A DNA stretch of 63,109 nt, counting the filler, from Octopus bimaculoides (lineage: Eukaryota), in the NCBI RefSeq assembly GCF_001194135.2. It is 6 parts of 5 records of this genome, joined end to end, with 100 filler letters (N's around TTAATTAATTAA, not from the genome) between each part and the next. Parts side by side here need not be neighbours in the genome. Positions count along the whole stretch, not along the records: positions 1 to 15,806 come from NC_069008.1; 5 more parts are not named here. One strand, given 5' to 3'. The notes beneath the pieces are model-generated. The model ran no database searches and had not been told where the DNA came from. It saw only the letters and a program-made list of their open reading frames with translations. The stretch's first letter is position 1. Every line of letters begins with the position of its first letter. Shown here piece by piece: positions 1 to 12,371 of the stretch. A program made the translations under genes and the position numbers.

Positions 1-122
1 GTACAGCAGGGTTCGCCACCACCTCCTGTCGGAGTTTTCGTTCAATAAACACTCACAACGTTCGGTCTGGGAATCGAAACCATGAGTCCGCTGCCCTAAC
101 CACTGGGCCATTGCGCCTCCAC
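1..122 (-). mobile_element. tRNA-derived SINE, family C, 5' part (window cuts it)
   Basis: Reverse complement reads GTGGAGGCGCAATGGCCCAGTGGTTAGGGCAGCGGACTC...GTTTCGATTCCCAGACC, with Pol III A and B boxes. The body matches the copy at 8600-8963. Confidence 0.85.
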
Positions 123-939
123 ATAAGAGAGAATAGAGACTGAGGATCAGGAAGGATGGGTGAAAAAGTTCATTGGAGTGTGAGAGCAGAGTGACAGGTG
201 GTTCGAGATGGAGTTAGAGGTTAATGTAATGAACGTTTAGTCATTCTATGATGAGTACAGGAAAGGTGACTGCACTAATATTAGCCAATAATACAAAAGA
301 ACAAACATCAGTTGCATGGAAAAAGTAATGCGTGTATAGTAATGACTTATTTACACTATATCTTGAACATCCATAGCGAAACAAATTCAGAGATTGTGAA
401 TAACTATTCATGAATCTCATTTCATGCATCAATGACCGTTCTGTTTTCTCATAAATGTTATTCTTTTCGTCTTACATAAAATACGTGTACAGTTTTCCTG
501 TCATATTAAATATCTGTACATTTATGTATTGGATGCATTGGTTATATTACATTCCTTGTTTACATGAAATTCTGGGCTGTCACTGTTGTCATTCCAGGTT
601 TCTATCACAGTATACTTTCATGTTTTTAGGGACAATCTACTTTCGCTATTTTATGAGAGTAAACTACATGCTTACCCAGTTCTCTTCCCTCTTTTTCATT
701 TGCAAATGAAACAACTTTCTTTTCAAGCTGTTTCCATTTTAACGAGAGAGAAAAAAATAAATGAATCTATAATCAATTATGATTACGTGTTGAACAGAAA
801 ATCATGAATATAAAATACTGTGATGTTAATTTTAATAAATACGAATATTCTGTTGTTAAGAGAAATGCTTATTTCTACAGTTTATCTCAATTGAAATGGA
901 TCTGTATTTTTTAAGTAGCCTCTATCTTACACTGCAGTT

Positions 940-960
940 TCTATCTGATTTCAGAACATC
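940..960 (+). promoter_or_regulatory. Splice acceptor of the last (coding) exon of ZNF-A
   Basis: TTTCAG|AACATCAGATGACATTGA (AG at 953-954). The same context, including upstream TTTTAAGTAGC, recurs upstream of ZNF-C at 14224-14225. Confidence 0.6.
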
Positions 961-1266
961 AGATGACATTGATGTAACAGAAGAAGCATATTCGATATCT
1001 ACCTTGATTTTAAAGACTGCAAGAAATTATTATACAAAACAGATGTATAACATTGTTTCTACAAATCTGTGACAGAATTCCTGTGAAACATTTCTGAACA
1101 TCACTGACTGAAGTATCAAGAAGAGTAGCCCCTGTGCTGATGAAACTTGGATAAATTTATGTAATTGTTGCTAGACAAAGGTAACCCTNNNNNNNNNNAT
1201 TTGTAAGGAATAAAGTGTCAGAATAAAGCAAGAAAAATATATAAACTGGGATTTGAGAGGAAAATA

Positions 1267-2595
1267 ATGGAAAAGAGTGAGAAAAGTATAGAATTGATTT
1301 CCTCTGAACCCCTGATGAAAGAAGAAAGGAAATTGTCATATGACTGTGATGTCTGTAAAAAGGTCTTCTCCCTAAAATGTAACCTAATTTCCCACGAGCG
1401 TATTCATACAGGAGATAAACCATTTCATTGTGAGATCTGTGGTAGATATTTCTCACAAAGTGGTAGCTTAATTAGACACAAACGTACACATACAGGAGAG
1501 AAACCATATCATTGTGATGTCTGTGGTAAATCTTTCTCTCTTAATTGTGTCTTAACTGCACATAAACGTATTCATACAGGAGAGAAACCATATCAGTGTG
1601 ATATCTGTGGTAAATCATTCTCTGATAGTAGTACATTACCTAGGCACAAACGTACTCATACAGGAGATAAACCGTATCATTGTGATATTTGTGGTAAATC
1701 TTTCTCTGAAAATGTTCACTTAACTAGACACAAGCATATTCATACAGGAGAGAAACCATATCATTGTGATATCTGTGGTAAATCATACTCTCAGAATTGT
1801 GCCTTAACTACACACAAACGTATTCATACGGGAGAGAAACCATATCATTGTGATATTTGTGATAAATCATTCTCTCAAAGCTGTACCTTAACTACACACA
1901 AACGTATTCATACGGGAGAGAAACCATATCATTGTGATATCTGTGGTAAATCATTCTCTCATTATTATCCCTTTACAATTCACAAGCGTATTCATACAGG
2001 AGAAAGGCCATATCACTGTGACATCTGTGGTAAAACATTCTATCAAAAAACTCACTTAACTACACATAAACGTATTCATACTGGAGAGAAACTGTATCAC
2101 TGTGAGGTGTGTGGTAAATCATTCTCTAACAGTAGTCACTTAATTGTACATAAACATATTCATACAAGAGAGAGGCTATTTCAATGTGATATCTGTGGTA
2201 TATCCTTCTCTCTACGTACTCACTTAACTAGACATAAGTATACCCATACAGGAGAGAAACCATGCAACTGTGATATCTGTGGTAAATCATTCTCTCTACG
2301 TACTCACTTAACTAGACATAAGTATACCCATACAGGAGAGAAACCATACAACTGTGATATCTGTGGTAAATCATTCTCTGAAAATAGTGACTTAAGGAAA
2401 CACATACGTACTCATACAGGAGAAAAACCGTATCATTGTGAAAACTGTGGAAAATCATTCTCTGACAGTAGTGCCTTGATTTCGCACAAACGTGTTCATA
2501 CGAAGGAGAAGCCATATTGCTGTGATGTCTGTGGTAAATCATTCTCTCAAAATAGTAATTTAACTAAACACCGTTGTACTCATGGAAGAAAGTGA
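1267..2595 (+). CDS. C2H2 zinc-finger protein ZNF-A, 442 aa: 24-aa leader plus 15 tandem fingers, no KRAB/SCAN/BTB/ZAD domain
   Basis: 15 x 28-aa CxxC-x12-HxxxH units with TGEKP linkers in a single-exon CDS. Ends HGRK-TGA. Confidence 0.93.
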   Translation: MEKSEKSIELISSEPLMKEERKLSYDCDVCKKVFSLKCNLISHERIHTGDKPFHCEICGRYFSQSGSLIRHKRTHTGEKPYHCDVCGKSFSLNCVLTAHKRIHTGEKPYQCDICGKSFSDSSTLPRHKRTHTGDKPYHCDICGKSFSENVHLTRHKHIHTGEKPYHCDICGKSYSQNCALTTHKRIHTGEKPYHCDICDKSFSQSCTLTTHKRIHTGEKPYHCDICGKSFSHYYPFTIHKRIHTGERPYHCDICGKTFYQKTHLTTHKRIHTGEKLYHCEVCGKSFSNSSHLIVHKHIHTRERLFQCDICGISFSLRTHLTRHKYTHTGEKPCNCDICGKSFSLRTHLTRHKYTHTGEKPYNCDICGKSFSENSDLRKHIRTHTGEKPYHCENCGKSFSDSSALISHKRVHTKEKPYCCDVCGKSFSQNSNLTKHRCTHGRK

Positions 2596-3720
2596 CTGCA
2601 TCATTGTGATATCTGGTAAATCATTCTCTAAGAGGGCTTCATTAACTACACACAAATGTATTCATACTGGAAAGACACTGTATCACTGGCAAATTATTTT
2701 TGTCAGTAGTGCCATGACATTGTGCAAACATATTCATACAAAGGAGAAGCCATTTCACTGTGAAGTTTGTGGTAAACCATTCTCTCAAAATAGTAACCTA
2801 ATTACACACAAACGTACACATACAGGAGAGAAGCCACATCATTGTAATGTTTGTGGTAAATCATTCTCTGACAGGAGTAATCTTTCTACACACAAACGTA
2901 CACATACAAGAGAGGAATGGTATCATTGTGATGTCTGTGGTAAATCATTCTCTGATAGCAGTGCTTTACCTAAACACATACGTATTCATTCAGGAGAGAA
3001 GCCATTGTAATGTTTGTGGTAAATCATTCTCTGACAGGAGTAATCTTTCTACACACAAACAGACTCATACAGGAGAGAGACCATATCATTGTGATATCTG
3101 TGGTAAATCATTCTCTGTTGGTAGTGACGTAACTAAACACAAACGTATTCATACTGGAGAGAGGCCATATCATTGTGATATCTGTGGTAAATCATTCTCT
3201 GATAGCAGTGCTTTACCTAAACACGTACGTATTCATACAGGAGAGAAGCCACATCATTGTAATGTTTGTGGTAAATCATTCTCTGACAGGAGTAATCTTT
3301 CTACACGCAAACGTACACATACAGGAGAGGAATGGTATCACTGTGAGGTCTTTGGTAAATCATTCTCTCACAGTAGTTCTTTGACTTTGTACAAACGTTG
3401 TTCATTCAAAGACAATCCATATGACTGTGATGTCTGAAAGTAATCACTTAACCAATCATAAACGTATTCATACAGGAGAGAAACTGTATCGTGATGTTTG
3501 TGGAACATCGTTCTCAAACTAGTTCATTGACTCCTCAAACACTCATACTGGTGAGAAACCATATCACTGTGATATCTGTGGTAAATCAACCTCTTGGAGT
3601 AATGCCTTAATTGCACACAAACGTATTCATGCTAGTGAGAAACCATATCACCATGTTATCTGTGGTAAATCATTCTCTCGTAATAGTACCCTGACGGAAC
3701 AGGACTGTATTCATAAAAGA
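2596..3720 (+). pseudogene. About 14 degenerate zinc-finger units downstream of the ZNF-A stop (decayed array, probably 3' UTR)
   Basis: The 84-bp finger periodicity continues. Frameshifts include a 2-bp deletion near 2613 and a 5-bp deletion near 3004, with further stops and lost C/H residues. ORFs 2582-3010 and 2847-3437 are pieces of this tail. Confidence 0.88.
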
Positions 3721-4049
3721 CGGAATGGTTTCTTGGTTTCTATGTCTTTATGGTACTCTTTGTTTATGCCATGGAAATTGTGACTAAAGAATTATGAAAA
3801 TTAAACATTTTGGATTCATTGTGAAAATGTAGATCAATATACCTAGTTCTAAAATTTTCCCTTTTACAGTTTCAAAATCTGTTGTCAAAATAGAAAAGAC
3901 CTGTCTCTTTCAATTTTTTTATATTCCAAGGATAAACTTTCCCCCTGTCTACATGTTTACCACAATCTCTCACTCTCTATATAATATACATATCTCTCTC
4001 TCTCTCTTCCTTTCTCTATACATGTATGCATAATTACATACATACATCT

Positions 4050-4080
<31 letters not shown>

Positions 4081-4477
4081 CGTAGACACACACATACAGA
4101 TGAATGTATGTAATCATGCACATATATGTATAGAGAAAGTAAGAGAGAGAGAGAGAAAGAGATGTATATTATATAGAGAGTACCTGACGATTAGCTATAT
4201 TTTTGAATAGAATTTATTTTCGATAATTTTAATTGATTTTAATCGATTTAAATTTCCTTTCTATTTGAAAATTAGTTATGAAACACATGTAGTCATTTTA
4301 TTATCATTATCTTATGATATTTACTATGTATTACATTATACTTATTTATTGTGCTTTTAATTATTAATTTTTCTATATGTGACAATGGATTTTCATCGAT
4401 GAGTTCATGAACCTTGGTTCTTTTCCCTAAAACTATATATTTATATATATAGATATATGTATATAGACATATATATA

Positions 4478-4870
4478 GGCGTAGGAGTGGCTGTGTTGTA
4501 AGTAGCTTGTTTACCAACCACAAGGTTCTGGGTTCAGTCCCACTGCGTGGCACCTTGGGCAAGTGTCTTCTACTATAGCCTCGGGCCGACCAAAGCCTTG
4601 CGAGTGGATTTGGTAGACGGAAACTGAAAGAAGCCTGTTGTATATATGTATATATATATATATATGTGTATGTTTGTGTGTCTCTGTCCCCCACCATCGC
4701 TTGACAACCGATGCTGGTGTGTTTACGTCCCCGTAACTTAGCGGTTCGGCTAAATAGACCGATAGAATAAGTACTAGGCTTCCAAAGAATAAGTCCTGGG
4801 GTCGGTCAGCTCGACTAAAAGGTGGTGCTTCAGCATGGCCACAGTCAAAAGACTGAAACAAGTAAAAGAG
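4478..4870 (+). mobile_element. SINE family A, full length, with central (TA/TG)n tract
   Basis: tRNA-like head GGCGTAGGAGTGGCTGTG...GGTTCAGTCCC and tail CAAGTAAAAGAG. Homologous to copies at 17065, 26485, 52191 and 59485. Confidence 0.85.
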
Positions 4871-5072
4871 AATAGATATATATATATACACACACACATC
4901 CTCAAACATTAAATTTTGTACTACTTGATTCTCTAGCTGCCAAATTTCTAAGGATACGTTAAATATTTTTCTTGCATATCAAATTCTTATAACTCCTGCC
5001 TCATGTAATGGTGAATAAATAAAACAAAAATCTTTTGGAATCTCCTGTTTTCTTGTGTAAATATGTATGTAT

Positions 5073-5966
5073 ATCATCATCATTGTTTAACGCCCGTTTT
5101 CCACGCTAGCATGGGTTAGACGATTCGACTGAGGTCTTGGAATCCAGGAGGCTGCACCAGGCTCCAATCTGATCTGGCGGTGTTTCTACAGCTGGATGCC
5201 CTTCTTAACGCCAACCACTCCATGAGTGTAGTGGGTGCTTTTTACATGCCCCCGGCACAGGGGCCAGGGGAGGCTGGCAACGGCCACAATTGGTTGGTGC
5301 TTTTTACGTGCCACCGGCACGGAAGCCAGTTAAGGCGGCGATGGCATTGGCCATGTTGGGACTGCTTTTTACGTGCCACCGGCACGGGTATCATAACTAC
5401 AATTTCCATTTGATTTTCAGTTTGATCTCGATGTACTTGACTCAATAGGTCTCCTCAAGTACAGCAGGTTGCCCTACTATATCCAAGGCACTTTTGAATC
5501 GGGTGGGGCTGGTTAGGTGAAACTGGTATAGGATACAGCCGTGAACTCACTTCATTTGCTGGGTCTTTACAGTCACAGCATATCTCCAGAGGTATTGGTC
5601 TTTCAGCATTGTCTCTGTGAGTTCCAACGTCCGAAGCTCATGTGTCACCACCCCATCCCATGTCTTCCTGTGTCCACCTCTACCCCAGATTCCTTCCACT
5701 GTTTGAGAGTGGCACTTCTTCACACATCTCTCCTCGTCCATCTGTAGTACATGACCATACCTGCACTAACGTCTCTCTTGCACACCACATCCGATGCTTC
5801 TTATGTCTAACATTTCTCTCAGGGCACTTACACTCTATTGTGTGTACACACTGACATTACACTTGCCGCGGATCATGCTAGCTTCGTTTCTTTCGAGTCT
5901 ACACTTGTCCTCTGTAGTCATGGCCCATGTTTCACTGAGTGAGAGACCCTTTGTCGCCAGTAGGGG
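5073..5966 (-). mobile_element. 5'-truncated RTE-clade LINE (RT C-terminus plus 3' UTR)
   Basis: Minus strand translates SETWAMTTEDKCRLERNEASMIR...GHVLQMDEERC...RKTWDGVV...DQYLWRYAV with stops. The 3' end is GTTAAAC(GAT)n, and the UTR has three ~60-bp GGTGCTTTTTACRTGCC repeats. Confidence 0.85.
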
Positions 5967-6019
5967 TATATATGTATTCATATATATACATATATATACA
6001 CCTGTACATATATGTATGT

Positions 6020-6115
6020 GTATTTATTGCAAACATTTGATCACTATAATCAAATCATCTGTGTGGTTCTTCGATAAGAAATTGTCAAACCCTTATATGT
6101 CATCTAATGACAGGT
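6020..6115 (+). mobile_element. 3' fragment of SINE family G
   Basis: CAAACATTTGATCACTATA...CCCTTATATGTCATCTAA matches the reverse complement of 62395-62485. Confidence 0.55.
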
Positions 6116-6147
6116 GAGTCAATCATATATGTGTGTGTGTGTGTATA

Positions 6148-6280
6148 CATCATCATCATCATTTAACGTCCGCTTTCCATGCTAGCATGGGTTGGACGAT
6201 TTGACTGAGGACTGGCAAACCAGATGGCTGCACCAGGCTCCAATCTCATTTGGCAGAGTTTCTACAGCGGGATGCCCTTC
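6148..6280 (-). mobile_element. RTE LINE 3' end
   Basis: Near-identical to 5073-5200, including the (GAT)n tail. Confidence 0.8.
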
Positions 6281-7257
6281 ATACATGTATATATATAAAT
6301 ATACATGTGTATGTATATATATATGTGTGTGTGTATATATAATTATGAAGATAAAAACTTACTTGGAGAAGGATGCGTGGCGTTCGATCATATAATAATA
6401 TAAATGATATATAAATATATGCATATATCCATACATATATGTACATACCTGCATCTATATGTATACATGCATGCATATATGGGTACAGGACATCACAAAA
6501 AAACGTTAAACACAACGAGAAATGAAAACAGAAAACGAACTGTTTTTTTTGAACAATGAAAAACAAACAAGACATGCAACATAAAGAATATTCTCCTTCA
6601 TCAGTTGTCCCCGTCCATCTACTCTGTGTTTCGAAGGCAAGGACAATACGCGACTTCGTTGGAACAGTCCTTCCAGCAAAGCAAATTAAATAAAATTTGG
6701 AATTTTTTGTGAAGGGTGAAAGTGAGACAGTAAAAACAAACAATAAGGGCTGTTAGGCCAAGACTATAGAAAAATTATTATTTTTTTGAATGCTATTAGA
6801 CGTGAATGAGAAGAATTTTCAAGGAAAATTCCATATTGACCCTTTCCATCCTGCTAAAATCAAGTATCAGAAGCAGTGTATAAATATAGCTAACGAGTTA
6901 CACACACATATATATATATATACATACAAATAAATTAAGTAAGGTATCAGAATACCACTTGTATATTTTACCTATACAGGTATAAACTTACTGGCCTCTT
7001 TATTATTAATAATGGTAATAATACCTATTTAATTTTATATTATATATACATACATATATATATGTTCATATAAGGATATCTACACAACATTTTTGTATAA
7101 TTATATATATATAATTATATATTATACAGAAATGTTGACATAGGTAATAAACTTTAATATAAATGGATATTAGCGTCAAAACTCTTATTTAAATTTTTGA
7201 TACATACATACACATATATATATATACATACACATATACGTATGTAAATATTTATAT

Positions 7258-7965
7258 ATCATCACCATCAATAAGCGTCCATTTTCCATGCTGGCATTTA
7301 GTTAGACGGTTTGAATGAGGTCTGGAAAGCCACGGCCAGAGTTTCTACAGTTAGATGCACTTCCTAATGCCAACCACACCGAGAGTGTGGTGGGTGCTTT
7401 TTACATGCTACCAGCATAGGAGCCAGTAAGGTGGGCCTGGCAACGAACACGTTCGGATGGTGCTTTTTACATGCCATTGGCACGGGACCCAGCCAGGGGG
7501 CACCGGCCCCAGCTACGATACTGGTTTTACTTGACTCAACAGGTCTTCTCATGCATATCATATCACCTGACATATCAGGAGTGTTCTTAACAGGGCTGGA
7601 CATGCGTGGTTGCGATATCACTTTAGTTGCTGGGTCTTCTCAATCACAGCTTTGAGGGGCAGCCTGTCTTGAATTCCTCTGTTATAGTCTGGTGGACAAT
7701 AATGAATAAGAGGGGCTGAGGACTGATCCATCATGAACCCCTACTTTTACCCAGAATTCTTCACTATACTCATTGCCAACCTTTACTCACAGCATCCCTG
7801 TACAGAGCTTATACAGCTCTAACCAGCCACTCGTCTGTTCCCAGTTTCCGCATTGCCCACCAGATATGGGATCGGGGACCCTGTCAAAGGCTTTCTCCAA
7901 GTCAACAAAAGCCAAGTACAAAGTTTTATCTTTGGCTAGGTATTTCTCCTGCAGTTGCCTTATAT
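7258..7965 (-). mobile_element. Internally deleted RTE LINE: RT domains 2-4 joined to the 3' UTR
   Basis: RQLQEKYLAKDKTLYLAFVDLEKAFDRVP followed by a frameshifted GSVLSPLLFIIV. The 3' UTR is homologous to 5073-5500. Confidence 0.85.
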
Positions 7966-8101
7966 ATATATATCTTTGCATATATATATTTGTGTGTGTG
8001 TATACACATGTACATATGCATATATATATGTATATATATGTGTGTGTGTATATATACATATATTGTATATATATATGTATATATATGCTTATATGTGTGT
8101 A

Positions 8102-8335
8102 GAAAGAAAACTGTCATATATACGTGTATATTTGTGTGTGTTTGTACCCCCCACCATTGCTTGACGACCGATGTTGCTGTGTTTACCTTCCCATAACTTA
8201 GCGGTTCAGCAAAAGACACTGATAGAATAAATACTAGGCTTAGACAGAATAAAATTCTGTGGTCGAATTTTTCGACCAAAGGCGGTGCTCCAGCATGGCC
8301 TGCAGTCACATGACTGAAACAAGTAAAGCAATAAA
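8102..8335 (+). mobile_element. SINE family A, 3' half
   Basis: Aligns to 4630-4870. Confidence 0.75.
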
Positions 8336-8599
8336 AAAAACTATGCCATTTTAATCCTGAGCGAGGCCAGGTGTCTCTGCTAGTATACATACATGTATGT
8401 GTATATCAAAAAGGAGATTCCAAAAAATTTTTGTTTTATTCATTCACCATTACACACATTTTATTTCCCAGTAGGAGTTACAAAAACTTTATAAGTAGGG
8501 AAAATACCTAAGATGTCCCTTAGAAGTTCTGCAACTAGGGAATCAAATGATACAAAATGTATACTTTCAGGCTGTATGTGTATATATGTATTCATGCAA

Positions 8600-8963
8600 G
8601 TGGTGGCCCAGTGGTTAGGGCAGCGGACTCGCGGTTACCATTCCCAGACCAGGCGTTGTGAGTGTTTATTGAGCGAAAACACCTAAAGCTCCACGGGGCT
8701 CCGGCAGGGGATGGTGGCGAACCCTACTGTACTCTTCCACCACAACTTTCTCTCACTCTTACTTCCTGTTTCTGTTGTACCTGTAATTCAAAGGGTCAGC
8801 CTTGTCACATTCTGTGTCACGCTGAATATCCCCAAGAACTATGTTAAGGGTACACGTGTCTGTGGAGTGCTCAGCCACTTGCACGTTAATTTCATGAGCA
8901 GGCTGTTCCGTTGATCGGATCAACTGGAACCCTCGACGTCGTAAGCGACAGAGTACCAACAAC
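8600..8963 (+). mobile_element. SINE family C, near full length
   Basis: A box TGGCCCAGTGGTTAGG with a B box damaged by deletion. The body matches 1-122 (reverse complement) and 23592-23668. Confidence 0.8.
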
Positions 8964-8981
8964 ATTCATGCATATATATGT

Positions 8982-9016
<35 letters not shown>

Positions 9017-9204
9017 TAAATATATATAGAGAAGGGAAGTTTAGCATGAGAATTGCGTAAATTGAAAGAGACAGACAAATAGAGAGGTTTTTTTCTGTTG
9101 TTACAGCAGATTTTGAAACTTTAACATTTAGTGAAAATTTTCAGACTTGGTATTCACTTAATCCTAGGGAGGTGAAAAGTGCAGACAAAACAAAAAACAA
9201 TCTA

Positions 9205-9400
<196 letters not shown>

Positions 9401-10666
9401 CTATAGACTGCAGTGATATGGTATTTCTCCTGTATGAATGCGTTTGTGTCTCGTTAACAAACCACTCACAGAGAATGATTTACCACAGAAATCACAATGA
9501 TATGGTTTTTCACCAGTGTGAATACGTTTATGCGATGTCAAGGCACTATTTTGAGAAAACGATTTACCACAGACATCACAGTGATACGGCTTTTCACCTG
9601 TATGAATACGATAGTGTCTTGTTAAGGTAGCATTTTCAGGGAATGATTTACCACAGAAATCACAATGATATAGATTTTCTCCTGTATGAATACGTTTGTG
9701 TGAAGTCAAGGTACTATTTTCAGAGAATGATTTACCACAGACGTCACAGTGATATGGTTTCTCTCCTGTATGAATACGATAGTGTCTCGTTAAGGTAGCA
9801 TTTTCAGGGAATGCTTTACCACACACATCACATGAATACAGTTTCTCTCCTGTATGAATACGTTCATGTCTAGTTAAGTGACTATTTCGAGAGAATGATT
9901 TACCACAGACATCACAGTGATACGGCTTCTCTCCTGTATGAATACGTATGTGTTTAGTTAAGTCACTATCTTCAGAGAATGATTTACCACAGACTTCACA
10001 AGGATACGGTTTTTCTCCTGTATGAATGCGACAGTGTTTTATTAAGGTAGAATTTTCAGGGAATGATTTACCACACACTTCACACAGATAAAGTTTCTCT
10101 CCTGTATGAATATGTTTGTGTCTAGTTAAGTGAGTATTTCGAGAAAATGATTTACCACAGACATCACAGTGATATGGTTTCTCTCCCGTATGAATACGTT
10201 TGTGTTTCGTGAAGTTACTATTTTCAGAGAATGATTTACCACAAATCTGACAGTGATATGATCTTTCTCCTGTATGAATACGTTTATGTCTAGTTAATGA
10301 AATACTCTGAGAGAATGATTTATCACAGATATCACAATGATAGGATTCCTCTCCTGTATGAATATGTTTATGTCTAGTTAAGCTACTATTTTGGGAGAAA
10401 GATTCACCGCAGATATCACAATGATACAGTTTCTTTTCTGAGTGAGTACACATGTGGGCAGTTAAGTGACTATTTTGAGAGAATGATTTACCACAGATAT
10501 CACAGCAAAAAGGTTTTTCTCCTGCATGAATGCATTTGTGGGAAATTAGGTTACATTTTAGGGAGAAGACCTTTTTACAGACATCACAGTCATATGACAA
10601 TTTCCTTTCTTCTTTCATCAGGGGTTCAGAGGAAATCAATTCTATACTTTTCTCACTCTTTTCCAT
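9401..10666 (-). CDS. C2H2 zinc-finger protein ZNF-B, 421 aa: 24-aa leader plus 14 fingers; inverted paralog of ZNF-A
   Basis: 14 x 28-aa C2H2 units. The first 43 codons are identical to ZNF-A, and the 3' flank (about 9035-9142) is homologous to 3848-3945. Confidence 0.93.
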   Translation of the reverse strand: MEKSEKSIELISSEPLMKEERKLSYDCDVCKKVFSLKCNLISHKCIHAGEKPFCCDICGKSFSQNSHLTAHMCTHSEKKLYHCDICGESFSQNSSLTRHKHIHTGEESYHCDICDKSFSQSISLTRHKRIHTGERSYHCQICGKSFSENSNFTKHKRIHTGEKPYHCDVCGKSFSRNTHLTRHKHIHTGEKLYLCEVCGKSFPENSTLIKHCRIHTGEKPYPCEVCGKSFSEDSDLTKHIRIHTGEKPYHCDVCGKSFSRNSHLTRHERIHTGEKLYSCDVCGKAFPENATLTRHYRIHTGEKPYHCDVCGKSFSENSTLTSHKRIHTGENLYHCDFCGKSFPENATLTRHYRIHTGEKPYHCDVCGKSFSQNSALTSHKRIHTGEKPYHCDFCGKSFSVSGLLTRHKRIHTGEIPYHCSL

Positions 10667-11249
10667 TATTTTCCTCTCAAATCCCAGTTTATATATTTTT
10701 CTTACTTTATTCCTTACAAATGCTCTTACTGCTGTATTTCTGTCCAGGGTTACCTTTGTCTAGCAACAATTACATAAATTTATCCAAGTTTCATCAGCAC
10801 AGGGGCTACTCTTCTTGATACTTCAGTCAGTGATGTTCAGAAATGTTTCACACGAANNNNNNNNNNNNNNNNNNNNNNNNNNNNNNNNNNNNNNNNNNNN
10901 NNNNNNNNNNNNNNNNNNNNNNNNNNNNNNNNNNNNNNNNNNNNNNNNNNNNNNNNNNNNNNNNNNNNNNNNNNNNNNNNNNNNNNNNNNNNNNNNNNNN
11001 NNNNNNNNNNNNNNNNNNNNNNNNNNNNNNNNNNNNNNNNNNNNNNNNNNNNNNNNNNNNNNNNNNNNNNNNNNNNNNNNNNNNNNNNNNNNNNNNNNNN
11101 NNNNNNNNNNNNNNNNNNNNNNNNNNNNNNNNNNNNNNNNNNNNNNNNNNNNNNNNNNNNNNNNNNNNNNNNNNNNNNNNNNNNNNNNNNNNNNNNNNNN
11201 NNNNNNNNNNNNNNNNNNNNNNNNNNNNNNNNNNNNNNNNNNNNNNNNN

Positions 11250-11980
11250 ATTTTTTAATGAAACGCACAAAACGGAGAAAATGAAACAAATATGGACGAC
11301 TTGTTCCGAAACACCCCCGAGTGGAGAACGCTCCTCAAAAGTAACCCCTAATTGTTTTCCCCCCAAAATTCTAGGTCCTCGGAAACTACATAGTCCGAGG
11401 TATATTTGTAGAATATTTCATTGAAAAATATGAATTTTCTTGAAAGTTAAGACGAATTGAAGTGGACGCCGGTGAATTTTTCCGAAATTCACCACTCACC
11501 CCTTCCTAAAATACCCCCCCCCCAAAAAAAACATTTTGTATAATCGGATTCTACATGATATAACACATATTCATAGTGAATTTCATTAAAAATATCCATT
11601 TTTCTGAAAGTTATGATCATCCAAATTCTAGGGGCGGAGGTTTAGGAATCTGTAATTATGCCCTACATGTTAATTAAGAATTGTAATGGTGTTTGGTGTC
11701 ATAAAAGCGGGTGGAAATATGCCCCCCTTATTTTGTGTAGCATAATTGTAAATCTACAAGTATGAGGAAACAAAGTCGAGGTGTATAAACTATCCATAAC
11801 TCCCATTCAGTTGTATTTTTCGTTTCCCACAAATTCCTTATCTACATTATTCGAAACGTACTTTCTGAAATTTCTATTCAATATTATCCATGTTGTCGAA
11901 AGTTATGAGGAAACAAATTGCTAGTAGAATGGGCACAAATCGGTAGTTATACAAAGAAACAAACATTCGATCAATTAACT
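11250..11980. mobile_element. Probable non-autonomous DNA transposon / Helentron-like relic with internal sub-repeats
   Basis: Motif TTTCATT.AAAATAT...GAAAGTTATGA recurs near 11417, 11581 and 11870 (partial near 11750). Ends in AATCGG...ACAAAGAAACAAAC. Family assignment is a resemblance only. Confidence 0.3.
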
Positions 11981-11983
11981 AAC

Positions 11984-12125
11984 GTGTCGACGATGGAGCG
12001 TTTAGAAGGTACTTTCTATAGCTAGAAATAACAGCTAAATCACACACAGATCATAGAATCTCTCTTCCATGGCTAGAAATAGCAGCCAAATCTCGCACAA
12101 ATCAGTGACATCTCTCATTCATAAA
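11984..12125 (-). promoter_or_regulatory. Putative non-coding first exon of ZNF-B
   Basis: Inverted homolog of 13075-13282 with two ~50-bp GGCTGCTATTTCTAG units, followed by GTTAGT (GT at 11983-11982). Confidence 0.4.
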
Positions 12126-12361
12126 TTATATAAGAGAAACAAAGAACCGAAAACCGAACGTCTACGGAATTAAAAGCATTGAATATTTTCATTGCTTCAA
12201 CACTTACAGAAATGTTTCATAAAGGATGGTGTTGTTACAGATGTGTGTATCTGGTAGTTGAGAGATAAATTGTAAGTATTACAACTGAATAACCAGCTGA
12301 TTAAGAGAATTTAATGAAGACATTTAACCGGATATCAGCATGAATAGGGAAGTGTTTTCAA

Positions 12362-12371
12362 TGCGCATGCG
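12362..12371. promoter_or_regulatory. NRF1-like site TGCGCATGCG
   Basis: Matches the first 10 nt of the NRF1 consensus TGCGCATGCGCA and lies between the mirrored exons. Confidence 0.3.

Noticed and set aside
1-122. tRNA genes at SINE heads (1-122, 4478, 8600, 23592, 40121, 62678)
   Set aside because: A and B boxes are present but there is no full cloverleaf, and each head continues into a shared SINE body.
2581-2620. A-to-I or read-through rescue of the ZNF-A stop to translate the finger tail
   Set aside because: Reading through TGA gives only LHHCDIW before TAA. A 2-bp deletion shifts the downstream fingers out of frame, and editing cannot fix that.
1339-3720. CRISPR-like array
   Set aside because: The periodicity is 84-bp coding zinc-finger repeats in a eukaryotic context; there is no repeat-spacer structure and no cas genes.
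6590-6640. Permuted hammerhead on the minus strand (GAAAC...CTGATGA)
   Set aside because: No stem I can form and stem II would consume core bases. It is probably part of a dispersed repeat that I could not classify.
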